Assembly (NCBI GenBank): GCA_964276515.1
Contig: OZ193909.1
Span: forward strand, 6,820,001 to 6,884,000
Direction: 5' to 3'
Length of the DNA: 64,000 nucleotides
Source of the DNA: Gordius albopunctatus
Taxonomy: Eukaryota
This document shows positions 38,301 through 50,286 of this stretch, piece by piece (the stretch's first letter is position 1; the number at the start of each line of letters is the position of its first letter). The translations under genes and the position numbers were made by a program. The notes below the pieces were generated by a model, which saw only the letters and a list, made by a program, of their open reading frames with translations, made no database searches and was not told the origin of the DNA.

Positions 38301-39470
38301 TTATTTTCTCATTATGTTCTTCTCTAGTGTATAAAACTCGCTAATTCTAAAAACAAGGAACCATAAAGAAAGTTTAAGCATGTTAAAAGCTTGGAAAAAT
38401 TGAATTATTAAACCTTAGCATCTTCAACTTTCTCTTCATTTTATAACACGCACAGGGACTATAAATAGACTTAGAATTTGTAAATTCTTACCTAAGATTA
38501 TTTCTAAATTGATTAAGGTAATAAATTGTTCCTATCTGCGCAGCACTAAAAATATTTAAATAATTAAGTTTTTAAATATACTAATTCGAGAAAAAAATGA
38601 TTTTTTAATGGCCCCTTCCCTAAGCCACTGTAGTTAAGCATTAACATTTGATTTCCCACTGACAACTCTAAAATAAAAATGGACAGAGTTGTATTTAATT
38701 TAAAGACATTATTTAATATTTTTGGTAAGCTAATTAAAAAAATGTATTTTCTCGATCTATTAACATCTTTATTTAACATTCCTTGTAGACCTGGTTTACT
38801 TGCCAACGATGCCAAGGTTCTAGATACCTTTTACGATTACTATATTAAGCCCGTGGTCAGAATATCTCCATTTATATTGGGTATGCTCTTGGGTTGTATG
38901 TTGCGACCTCTCAGAAACACCTCTACCCCTGAAGAAAGTTATCCCAATGAAGGTCAAGACAAAACTAAGCCAAAATTTAGTTATTTTCTCTTGGCGGCAG
39001 GGTCGCCTTTAATAACTATACTCGTATACGTGTCGATTTTGCAAGAATTTACAACCTCACCCATAGAATATGGCTCTATAGTAGCTTCATTGATAAATTC
39101 CATGGCCCGAGTCCTTTGGTCCTGCTTCATAGCTTGCCTAATCTACAACGCCTTCGTATGGAGGCGAATTACAACCTTAACTCAATTCCTCTCCCATAAG
39201 GCCTGGATCCCGATAAGTAATCTGACTTACGCCGCTTACTTAATACACCCCATAGCTATACAAATTGTGATTCGCAATTTGCGAGAACCCCTTTACCTGA
39301 CCCATACATTTTTCGTAGTTTTAGCAGCCGGCTATTGGATTATAAGCTACGGGACGGGTCTGCTCTTCAGCTTGGCCTTCGAAGTACCGGCCGTTAATTT
39401 TGCCAAAGCTTTTATAAAGCGATCGGATGTGGAAAAACATGAAACGACGTTTGGCAGAAAGACGAAATGA
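35358..39470 (+). CDS. nrf-6: NRF-6-like acyltransferase-3 protein, paralogue C, ~845 aa; orthology not established
   Basis: Exons 35358-37213 and 38789-39470 with a phase-2 GT-AG intron (2538 nt). Signal-peptide-like start; WALRMWDASGK, GNFFALGSYDQCL, GWCLPSDCS, GIRVMSMVHVILAH, VDTFFFLSG, RYVR, WTWYLANDVQ, YIKPVVR, SNLTYAAYLIHP, FEVP. Confidence 0.92.
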
Positions 39471-39617
39471 TCGCCATTTAAAAGCATGAATTCGCTAATA
39501 ATTTATTTAAAAAATTGTAAGACATTTTATAGTAGTTATTGATTTAATATAGCCTTTTAAAGGGATTAGATACAAATTTAAATATAATATATCGTATAAT
39601 TATAATTTATGATATAA

Positions 39618-42600
39618 CTAGCTGTGCCCGGCCAAGCGTTGCTTTGGCTTAGTCCTTAATTCGCTAAATAATTAGTTTGGATTAATAAAACATTTATAAA
39701 AATTTTTGGGTCAATCGTTTATGATGTAAAAAATAATGGAAAAGGCCTACTTATTCATAATTCAAGAGATTTGTAATAGTTTAAAATACTTATAAGGTAT
39801 TTATTAATTTTATATGTTGTAAAGTGCGATGTTAACGATAATATGCATATTTGGGTAACAAAAATTTATAAACCACTCACTGCAATGGTGTATCGAAGTT
39901 AGTTATAATGTTAGACAATGTATAGAAAATATTTTAGTACAGCGCAGCGTTTATAGTAGTGTAATGTCATAGACTAAAATCTATAGTATCAAAATGAAGA
40001 GATATAAAAAGATCACCTTCAAATTTGGTTAAATGAAGACTTTTATAATATTTGGTTGAACTGAGAAATAATTAGAAATTATACAAATTTCTGCGAAATA
40101 TTTATGTATGAGAAAAAAGTTAGAAATATAGTTATATATCGTTATGCCTAGTAAAAAATTGATCAGGTGAAGGTGTTATAGGTGAGGTATGATTATAATA
40201 AAAACCAGTATAAAGATAATGACTTAAAAAGTATAAAGTAAAAAAATGATATAATAAGTTTAGACCTGCAAGTGTAGTTAAAGTTTAAAAAGGGACTATA
40301 TTTATAAGGGTAGCCAGCATTGGAATTAGAGGGGGGCAATAATGATTTAGGCACAAGTAAAATGATAATTTTTTGAAATGCTAACCATAATTTTAATAAA
40401 TTAAAAAAAATTGATTTGGATGGGGGTAGCCACCTCTCCCCGCCTCTCTCTGGCTACGCCCATGGGTATATTAATATTTTGTTTGTACATATGCGGTTTT
40501 CATTTTACCTGTGAGATGTTAAGATATGCCCGACCCGTCGGGCCAGGTCCAGGCCTGGTTTCGGACGGCCAAAATAAAACTATGCTTAAATTTACCTAAA
40601 AATAAGTTTGAATAAGAATAAAACTAGGAGATTGATATGGTTGGTGGGGAAGAAACATATTGGTATCAGTGGATAGGCTAAAATGAAGATATATACAGCT
40701 ATACCTGTTATGGAGTTATAAAATTTAAAAATGCACATGTCCAGTCAAAATCGTGTCTTCTTCAACGTTGCACATCAAGTGTTTAACAGCGAGACGTACA
40801 CCATTGCAAAATTTTGGCTGACTGAAATTGCACATCGCGATACTTGGTACGCCAATTTTCAAATGCAAAATGTGAGGTTACATGGATGCCAGATCATTTG
40901 AATTGAAAGATTAGAGTAAATAATTTGCGTCATCAATAACAAAAACAGTGTCAACCGATTCGTAAATAATTGGATTGCCTTGAATGTTAGACAGAATGAG
41001 ATTGTTAAGCTCGAGGACGTCATTATTCTTGGGGGCGAGAATAGCCCGTTGGCGGAGCCAAAGTCGATCATGATAATGAGCGTTAATATATGGAAACATT
41101 TTATTAACCAAGCAGTTTAGATGGAACAAAATTGCAAATGTTGGTAGGAAAAGAAATCCGTCCTGAGCATATATCAACGTGCACGGTTCCCTTCCCAATT
41201 TCTAGCGATTAATGGGAGAATATCTCACATGCAGGATGATTTTGAAATACTACACGCATATTAGTAGTTAGATTTAATGTTTTGACATAAGGCAGCAAAA
41301 TATAATATTTTAGGCAGGCATTAATTTCGTCCGCAGGGGTGGATCGTAAGAGAACCGGTATAGTTTGCCTGAAATCTCCTGCAAGCAATAACCTTGCGTT
41401 ACCAACAGGTTTGAGGTTTTTTTTTGTAAATCTTGCGATTACCGATTAGAGCGATATAATCCATTGTGCATTCATCCCAAACGATAAGCTTGCACTTCTG
41501 TAATACTCTACCCATTCCATATGTTCTGGAAATGTTGCACATTAGAGTTTCACAATAATAAGCGTTTAAAGTCAATTTTTATGCTGGATGAGCAGTTTTT
41601 CTACCGTGTAATTATGTTACAACCATTCCGAAAGACGCTAGAGCCACGGCTATATTAATTTGGCAACTAATAGTTGCCAGAGCAATGTCAGTAGGAAAGT
41701 TTTACCAGTTCCTCCTCAAGCATCTGAGAAGAAAACTTCTCCATAACCTTTATTAACAACAAGCAACATCTTATTGTAAATGTCTTTTTGTTGCGTCGTT
41801 ATCATTGGAACATTAGATGGGATGAAAGACAAAAGATCATCTTGGTTGTATTTTTGTTTACGATGTAAGTCTATATAAAATGGAGCAGCAGCAGATCGAC
41901 ATAATACAGGCATACCCAGTTGATTCAAAGCTTTCTTTCGAGTTTGTAAGCATAAATCTTATAATATACTTTTTGTAGCAAAAGACAGACCAGGTTTTGG
42001 ATTAGGTAGGGGGGGGGGCAAATACTTTTTAAGTTCAATTAGGGGGGGGGGGCAAAATATAAATTTTTAAGGGCTTTTATATTTAATTTTTTTGTCATTT
42101 AAGGGGGGAGCATAAACCCAAGGATTATATACCTAGACTATTGCGTTCCGCGGTTGAATGGGCCGATATAACTGCATTTCAAGTTTGTCGGTTAACCATT
42201 GTCTGCATTTATCAACTTACCGTTAAAGTAATCATTATATAATTTTAATATCAATAACCGAACTTCCTAAAAATAGCAAAAAAGCGAAAGTTTTACCAAT
42301 TCCTCCTCAAGCATCTAAGAAGAAGACTTCTCCTTAACCTTTATTAACAGTAAGCAACATCTTATTAAGGGAGGAGAAAGCGTTTTAAGTTCAATTAGGA
42401 CGAGGAGGTTAGGCAAAATAAATTTTTTGAATTTTTAAGTGTTTTTGCATTGAATTTTTTTTGTCATTCAAGGGGGGGGGGCATAAACCCAAGAGCTATC
42501 TACCTAGACTATTGCGTTACGCAGGTGAATGGTTGCCACGCTACCACCATCCTCTGTTGATCTTATTTTTTTATAAAGGATACCCATCACTGCCCGTAAT

Positions 42601-43258
42601 CTAACTAATGTAAAGCAGACGTTCCGATTCAATTTTGGCTCACATATTACATTGATGGAATAATTGGCGGCATTTTAAATATGATTTTCTTCGTGCTCTC
42701 GAAGCATTATTCTGGATGAGTAATCATATAACTGCATTTCAAGTTTGTCGGTTAACCATTGTCTGCATTTATCAACTTACCGTAAAAGTAATCTTTTTGT
42801 AGTTTTAATATTAATAATCGAACTTCATAAAAATAGCAAAAAAGCACGAAACGTGGGAATGTTTCTAAAATCGTGCGTTTTATTTATTTAAGAAAATGGT
42901 GATGTTTTACGGTATCCAAAATATTAATTTTTTACAGCTTTATATATTGTAAGAAAAACGGGAGTAGTTGAGTAAAAAATCGAGACAAAAGTGACAAAGC
43001 AATCGTGGAAAAAAGTTTAGGGCAATTAGTAGCACCATAAGGATAAATAAGTATAAAAAACGTAGTATAAATAATCCGCTAGATGGCGGTATAGACGGCC
43101 AAAAAACATGGTTCCCGCTGTCGCAGGTTGATAAAAAGTATCTATAAACCATCTACAATGCTAAGGCAATAATCTGGCCAAATTTGGTGGCAATCGGTTA
43201 AGAACTCTAAAAGTTATTAGCGTTCAAAAAAAGGGACTTAGATTTTTATATATATAGA
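39618..43258 (-). mobile_element. Non-autonomous/degenerate Helitron with both termini and PIF1-like helicase remnants
   Basis: Minus-strand 5' end A|TCTATATATATAAAA (43258). 3' end has hairpin GCCAAAGCAACGCTTGGC then CGGGCACAGCTAG|T (39618). Inserted between A and T with no TSD. Helicase fragments: GGTGKTF Walker A near 41700, IVWDECTM near 41470, RAILAPKN near 41040. Confidence 0.9.
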
Positions 43259-44331
43259 TTGTACAACATACATTATATAAAATGTGATAAAAAGAAATGA
43301 TTCACTTATGTCTAAACATTATTCTATTTATTTAATAAAATATAAATAGTTAATCAGGAAAAATATTTTTAGTCAACAAGTGTTAAAAATTTATTCCAAA
43401 TTTTATCAGTATCTATCTTTAAAAAAATTCATAAAATTGCAAACTTATAATTGAAATCAAACTAAGATTCACAATATCTGCTTTGTGGTTAAATTAAATT
43501 TCATTAAGATAATAGCTTTGTATAAATTTTTTATAAAATGATGATTTACAAATTTGGGGATTAAACTTTGTAATTTAAGTAATTCTTATAATGCCCAACT
43601 TGATGTGGACAGGGGAAAAAATTGAGAGAAGAATTATATATATTTTTTAATAAGTTTAATTAAAACAAAATTCCTAAATTATTTAAACATCCCCGAGTCA
43701 ATAGCTTGGCTCAAATGATGATTAGCATTTTTTTACCATTGGCAACAAAAATTAATAAAAAAATAAAGTTAGTAAGTAAAAGCTAATCAGTCGGGCACAA
43801 CAACAATAATGGATATTGGGCTGAGGCGAGGTCGAAAAAATTAAAGTCAACCAGCGGTCATAAGCTAGTCTATTTGCAAAAGTGAAATAAAAGTCTTTTA
43901 CAGACGCATAAGTCCACGGCTAAAAATCTACACGGCAATTATTCAAAAATTACAAGTTGCACAACGGACGGACGAACAACCAAAATCGAGCTCATAAATT
44001 GCCTAGTAATTAAAATTATCACATTCATGGGCGTAGCCAGGGGGGGGGGCAGAGGAGGGCGGCTGCCCACCCCCTAATTAATCAAATTTCAATACAAAAA
44101 CCCTTAAAAATTAAAAAAAATTGTGTTTTGCCCGCCCCCCAATTAACCAGGGAAGGGACAGGGAGCGCGGCAGCCCCTGGATAGTCGAGACCTTTTTTTT
44201 TGCTCTAAGGAAAATTTTTTGGGAAAGTCATGTTCTAGTGGGTTAATTTGATTAACGTTTGTGCCTTTGCGCTTATGCAAATGAGTGAGAGAAATAAGGC
44301 TTAAAGTAATGGGGGTGCGAATAAAATATTC

Positions 44332-46225
44332 TGTTATGGGAATCAGAAGTAAACGGCTATGTAAATGGCAGGCCTCAAGTTAGGGGAGACGGGCAGTATA
44401 TCGAACTGTCGGGAAGCATCCCTCATGCAGTTGAAAAGCGCTTCGACAGGGTTGGAAGCATCCCTCATTCAAATGAGAGGCGCTTTGACAGGGTTTTTAA
44501 CGCTGGTTTGTTACACTGTGGCGGAATCTTATTTTTTCTCTTCTTCTCTACTAGTAACTGCGATTGCCCACGAAGAAACCAACGGCCCTAACCCAATAAT
44601 TTATTTGTTAACATTTGAAGTCCCTCATTCTAACCGATTGGTTACGCGGATACTTCTTCTCCACGGCCATCCTCCATTCCATACTTTTATATATATCGGG
44701 AAACTTTATGATACATTATTGACTTATATTCTTATAACCCAATTATACAATTTGATTTATTAAAATAAAGGATTCAAAACTAGAAGTTGCGGTTATAAAA
44801 TTGGTAGCACGAGGAAAAACCCTCGAAAGACAAACGAATTTGGTAGGACGAGCAATCGCCAACAAAAATCCGAAGAACCGTCATAGGTTTATTTATTTTT
44901 GATGGAAAAATCTTCTTTAATATTAATTATTTTGATTTTAATTTTTTTAATGTCACTATATAATAGGACATTTAGAATATTTTTGGTTAAATTATTGATT
45001 CTAACGTTGTAATTTCATTTAGTCTGCTATATTTTACATATTAATATATTCTTACGTAAAATTTTGCTTTATTGATTTTGGGATTTTAAATAAAATATTG
45101 GCGTTATCAATCGCAATGTTTTTACCAAAAGATTCATTTTCGTTTTTAAATTTAATTTTAAACGACAAGATGTTTGTCATGTTGTTAATAATCATGGTCA
45201 CTTTAGTAATAATTTCTATAAAGATGCATCGCGTAGAAAAGGTTTATAGGGTTAAGACCTCGGTCCCGCGGTGTTTTTACTGTAATAAAACGGGGCACGT
45301 CAGGTACAATTGTAGACTGTTTAATAATTTTCGAAATAACACAGCTCGTTATAGGCAGCGCTCGTGCGACCCATATAGGCGACGTGGTGGTAACTTTCAC
45401 GTAGATAACGATAGTCAGGGTAATAGTAATAATTTTGGTGTCAGGGGCATGCAGGAAAATTCTTTTAATCCTGGCCCTCGTAACTTTAATTGATGCTCGA
45501 TTGGCGCTGACAGCACTAATATTGTTTATATTAATTTTTACAAATCTTTACAAACTTCGGTGGTTAATTTAAACGTTGAAGGTAAGCAAATAAACTTTGT
45601 AGTAGATTCTGGAGCATCAATCTCGGTTATAAGTTTAATGTAATTTTTTAAAGTTTTTGCCTTTTAAAAACATTAATAAAAGTCATGTTTTGGTGAAACA
45701 ATTAGACGGTTCAAATATTAACATTCTGGGGAGTACTAAAGTTCGAGTAGATGCAGGCGAGAAAGTTTTGGAATTAGAGTTATTCGTTATCGATGAGAAA
45801 ATAGATAATATTATGGGGTGGAATTGGATTAAATTAATTGGCCCTCTAGTTAATTGGTGGGGCATTTGTAAAAATTCCACGTATAATATAGTTGTTTATA
45901 GTTTCATTTAATAAAAAAATTTATAATTAAAAAAACAAAATAGAAAAATTAATTGTTTAATTAATAATGCTGATGGTCATGCAACACCCGGTTTCAGGTA
46001 TCATCTATGCATAAATCCTCGGTTGTTATTAATGAGGCAATGGACTCAGTTAATGAGCCAACATCGGGTTTAGAGGCAAAGGTCTTCGATAAAAAGCCTA
46101 AGACCTCTGTTTGAGTTGATTGTGATGATGAGTACGTCGGGAGACTGTGGCATTTTAACATTGATAGGATTAAGGTGGAATATAGTGAAAATTTTCGGGA
46201 AGAATTAGATTGTTTAAATGATCCC
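44332..46225 (+). mobile_element. 5' part of a Ty3/gypsy retrotransposon with atypical gag region (copy 2), truncated at the RTE insertion
   Basis: LTR-like block about 44332-44800 (TG start, 2 x 42-bp repeat at 44411-44495, TATA-like run, AATAAA at 44764). TGGTAG PBS-like motif at 44802. Knuckle CFYCNKTGHVRYNC; protease FVVDSGASISVI at ~45595. DNIMGWNWIKLIGPLVNWWGIC is homologous to DNIMRWPWIKVIGPKLYWWGIC of copy 1. Boundaries approximate. Confidence 0.8.
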
Positions 46226-46226
46226 C

Positions 46227-49200
46227 TTTTTTCGATAAGGATTCACTCAGATGCAGTTCCTCGTTTTTGTCCTGCCCATTGAATACCGTTTATGTGGATT
46301 GATAAGGTCAATAAAGTTATAGATAGTTGGTTAAAGGATAAGATTATTGAGTGAATGAGATGCCAATTTCCATCTGTTTGACGTCCATATCCTTTTCGAC
46401 CAGTCGTTTCCAGGTGGCACGTGGCCTGCCCCTTCCTCTTCTTCCAGGCACGTCCATCTCCAGCGTTCGGCGTGTGACATCGTCTTCGTCTCTTCGTAAT
46501 ACATGGCCGTACCACCGCAGTCGATTTTCTCTTAAGAAGTCCTTCGTCGCTTGTATACCCATCTTTGTCATCAAGGATTCGTTCGTCATGCGATCCAGCT
46601 TGGTGTAGCCTAAGCTCCATCGCACCATTCTCATTTCCGTGACTTGCAAGAGTTTCTCCTCCGCGGTGGTTACAGCCCATGTTTCACTACCGTAAAGCAA
46701 GACCGGTCGCACGATGGTTTTGTACGCCTTGCTTTTCAACCAAATTGGTATCTTTTTGTCACACATGACACCGGAGATGCTGCGCCACTTGAGCCATGCT
46801 TTCTTGATCCGAGAATGGACTTCGGCGGTACATCCTCCCTCTTGATGTAATAGCGAGCCAAGATATGTGAACTTATCAACCTCCGTGTACCTTGGACCGT
46901 CAATTTTGTGCATTTGCGGACTACCGCCCATCGTTTGCATGTAAACCGTTTTCTTCTCGCTGACCTTTAACCCGAATTCCGAGAAACGTTCTGACCATTT
47001 TTTCGCCTGATTAAAAACCCCTTCTCTTGTTTCATCGCATAGGACAATATCGTCGGCATATAGCATAGTCCAAGGGGCTGGCTTGTGCAAGTCCTTTGTT
47101 ATTGTATCCATAATTAGATTAAACAAGAATGGGCTTAACGCTGATCCTTGATGTAGTCCGATCATTATTCGGAAGGGTTTCGTTACTCCTACGGTAGTCC
47201 TAACAGATGCAACCGCGCCATTATACATTTCCTTGATAAGTCGAACATATCCTTCGGGTATATTTCTGGCTCTAAGGGACCACCATATTAACTCTCTCGG
47301 AACCGTATCGTAGGCCTGTTCTAAATCGATGAAGACCATGTGTAATTTCTTTCTTATGTCGCCATATTTTTCCATCGTCTGCTTCAACGCAAAGATTGGG
47401 TCCATCGTTGATTTACCGGCCACAAATCCAAACTGATTGGGCGAGACAGACTTCGTCATTGAGCCTTTTCACTAGCACCCTTTCTAGTAGTTTTAGTGAG
47501 TGGCACGTCAACTTGATACCTCTAAAGTTGCCACATTCCTGCGCGTCTCCTTTACCTTTGTATATGGGTATGATCGTACTTTCCCTCCATTGGTCAGGGA
47601 TACGACTCTCATACAGCATAGCGTTAAATAGGCCTGTCATTATGTCGATTCCTTCTCCTTTGCACCCAAGCCAAGCTTCGATCGGTAGATCATCGGGACC
47701 TAGCGCTTTCCCTTTCCGCATCTTCGTTAGTTGCGCTCCTATTTCATAAGCCTGAAATGGTAAAACCAAGTTCGAGTTCGGTTCCACCCTCTCTAGCGGT
47801 CTTCTATCATTCGTTTTGTTCATTATATTTTGGAAATAATCTTTCCATCTTTTGATGACTTCCTTCGGTTTGCACAACGTTCGTCCCTCTTCGCTTTTAA
47901 TGACTTTAAGTGTCCCGACATCTCGACTTTTTTTCTCCCTGATCTTTGCGAGTTTATACATGACTATGTCGCCGCCCTTGGTATCGAGCTTGTTTGCCAT
48001 CTCGGTGTAAGCGTTGTTCTTCGCTATCGCGACCGCTATCTTAGCTTTGCGTTTCGCTTCACGATATGCCTCGTAGTCTTCTCCTTTCTTCGTTTTGTAC
48101 CATCGTAGGTACAACGCCTTCTTTTCTTCTATAACCTCTTTGACCGAGTCATTCCACCACCATAGTTCACGATTGTGAGCTCTGCCGCCCTTAGTTCGTC
48201 CCAATATTTGTAAGGCCGTTTCCTTTAGAACATTTGCAACGGTGCCCCACCTTTTGTTAATGTCGCCCTCCAAGCCTGCAACCTTCAAGAGCGGAGTTGC
48301 TCGAGTGTGAAACATTTCATTTGCATGATCATCCTTAAGCTTTTCGTACTTTGTCCTTGGTGTGTAGACTTTTCTCCTTATGGGAAAAATCTTTCTTGCT
48401 ATATCGAGGACAACTGGCCGATGTTGTTTGGCGATTTCTTCCCCCGGTATAACCTTGCAATCTTTAACTTGCCACAAATTTTTGCCCTTCACTAATATGT
48501 AGTCGACCTGTGTAAGGTGATTTCCACTACTGTATGTCGCCAAATGTTCGGTACGCTTCTGAAAGATCGTATTCACAATGGCCATATCGTAAGCTTGCGC
48601 CATCTGTAGTAACTTCTCTCCCTCTTTATTTTTCACTCCATAGCCATGCCCGCCGTGATTTCGTTCGTACACGCCCCTTTCTTTCCCAACGTGCCCATTA
48701 AAGTCTGCTCCGATGATGAGATTCTTGTCAGGCTTCACGTAGCGTATTTCTTCTTCAAGCTTCTCATAGAATTTGTCCTTCTCGTTTTCGGAACATCCAA
48801 CCTGGGCGAATACGCACAAATAACATTGACAAGGCCGCCTTGATCCGCCAGCTTTATGCACATCAATCTATCTGAGCATCGTTTGACTTCGACTACCTTG
48901 TCCTTAAAGGAATCGCTAAGCACTATACCGACCCCGTTCTTCCGTGATGGGGAACCCGAGTAGTATAGCTTGTAACCATCTCCTAGCTCCCTGGCTTTTG
49001 TTCCATGCCATCGCGTTTCTTGTAGACACGCTATGTGTATCCTTCGCCTTTTTAGCATCTGCGCAACCTCGATGCTCTTCCCCGTCAGCGTGCCCACATT
49101 CCAGCTAGCCACTCTTGTCCGTTCGACAACTAGGTTCCTTAACCGCCTTCGTTGTGAGTGAGGCGGTGACCCTTGTATACTTTTCACATTGCACGGGCGG

Positions 49201-49300
49201 ATGATGCAATGCGCGTCGTTTGGGGAGGACGCCCTAGCATTCTGGTATAAGTTCGTATTTGAAGCTGCCATGGTGTTTGGAGTTGCTTTTTACAGCCGGC
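46227..49300 (-). mobile_element. RTE-clade non-LTR retrotransposon (APE endonuclease + RT), near full length, two frameshifts
   Basis: Overlapping ORFs: 48735-49271 (SWNVGTL, LQETR), 47413-48861 (ADFNGHVG, VDYIL, KALGPDD, PIYKGKGD) and 46344-47459 (QFGF, FIDL, HQGSALSP, YADD, YLGS, RLRWYGHVLR, GRPR). A single-ORF APE-RT layout without a C-terminal zinc finger is typical of RTE. Ends approximate. Confidence 0.93.
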
Positions 49301-50116
49301 TTTGATTCCTTCGTTAATAAATATATCAACGGTTTTCCATAAAAAAACGAATTATAAAACTTTCAAATCTTGTTATTGCAAAATTCAACGCTAACCTTAT
49401 TTGTTTAGGGAAATTATAAGCTATTCTAAATTAATATATACATCAGCAAGTTTCGGCAATCTAAATTAAAACAAATAATAGATGGCGGTATAAAAGAGGT
49501 AACACAAGACATCGTATAGCTTCATAATTAGATAAAGACGATTAATAAAAGTTAAATTATGTGTAAAATAAAAAATAATGATTTATATTTATTTGTGTAT
49601 ACCACATTTAAAGATCCATAAAATAAATTTGACACAATCTTTCTTAAACACCATAAATAAGATATGCAAAACATCGTGAAACCCCCCCCCCCCCCCATCC
49701 CTCTAGGCAAGGATATATTACCCCGTGCGTAGAAAAAACTATTGATTTTATAGGGAGGGGGGAGAGAGGTTATCTAATTTTATTGATTCGAGTTTCTTCG
49801 ATGCTAAAATACTGCATATGCTTATGATCTAAAAAAGAGGATAATTATACATTTTTTAATTTGATACTATTTATTCTTTTTAATAAAGATATACTTGAAT
49901 TAATATAAAACAGATAATAAAATTTTTAAGAAGATAATAACCTCATTCAGGAGTGCCGCAATTAATCTAAAAGTACCTTCATTAAAATCTTAACAAACTT
50001 GCAATTTATTAATTATTTTTAAATATCAAATAGATTGTTTAAAGTTAAAAAAAAGATATTAAAATGTCATTTTAAAATAGTTAATAATCTAAAACATAGC
50101 AATTAATCCATTTTAA

Positions 50117-50286
50117 CATGGCCGTAGCCAGGATTGTAACTAGAGGGGGGGGCAATAATGATTTAAAGAGGGGCAAAAAATAACTTTTTGAAAAGTTACC
50201 TATATAACTATATATTCAATTTTAACTAATTTTTGAATTAAAAGGGGAGCAGCCGCTCCTCCTTGCCCCCCCAGACTAGGCCCATG
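50117..50286. mobile_element. CATGGGCGTAGCC-family MITE
   Basis: Termini catggccgtagccagg ... actaggcccatg. TSD CATTTTAA/CATTTTAG (1 mismatch). Confidence 0.8.

Noticed and set aside
38679..38788. N-terminal part of the 263-aa ORF as a separate gene start (similarly 30648-30718 and 16519-16557)
   Set aside because: Intronic sequence upstream of clear splice acceptors; these ORFs are exons of the larger genes.
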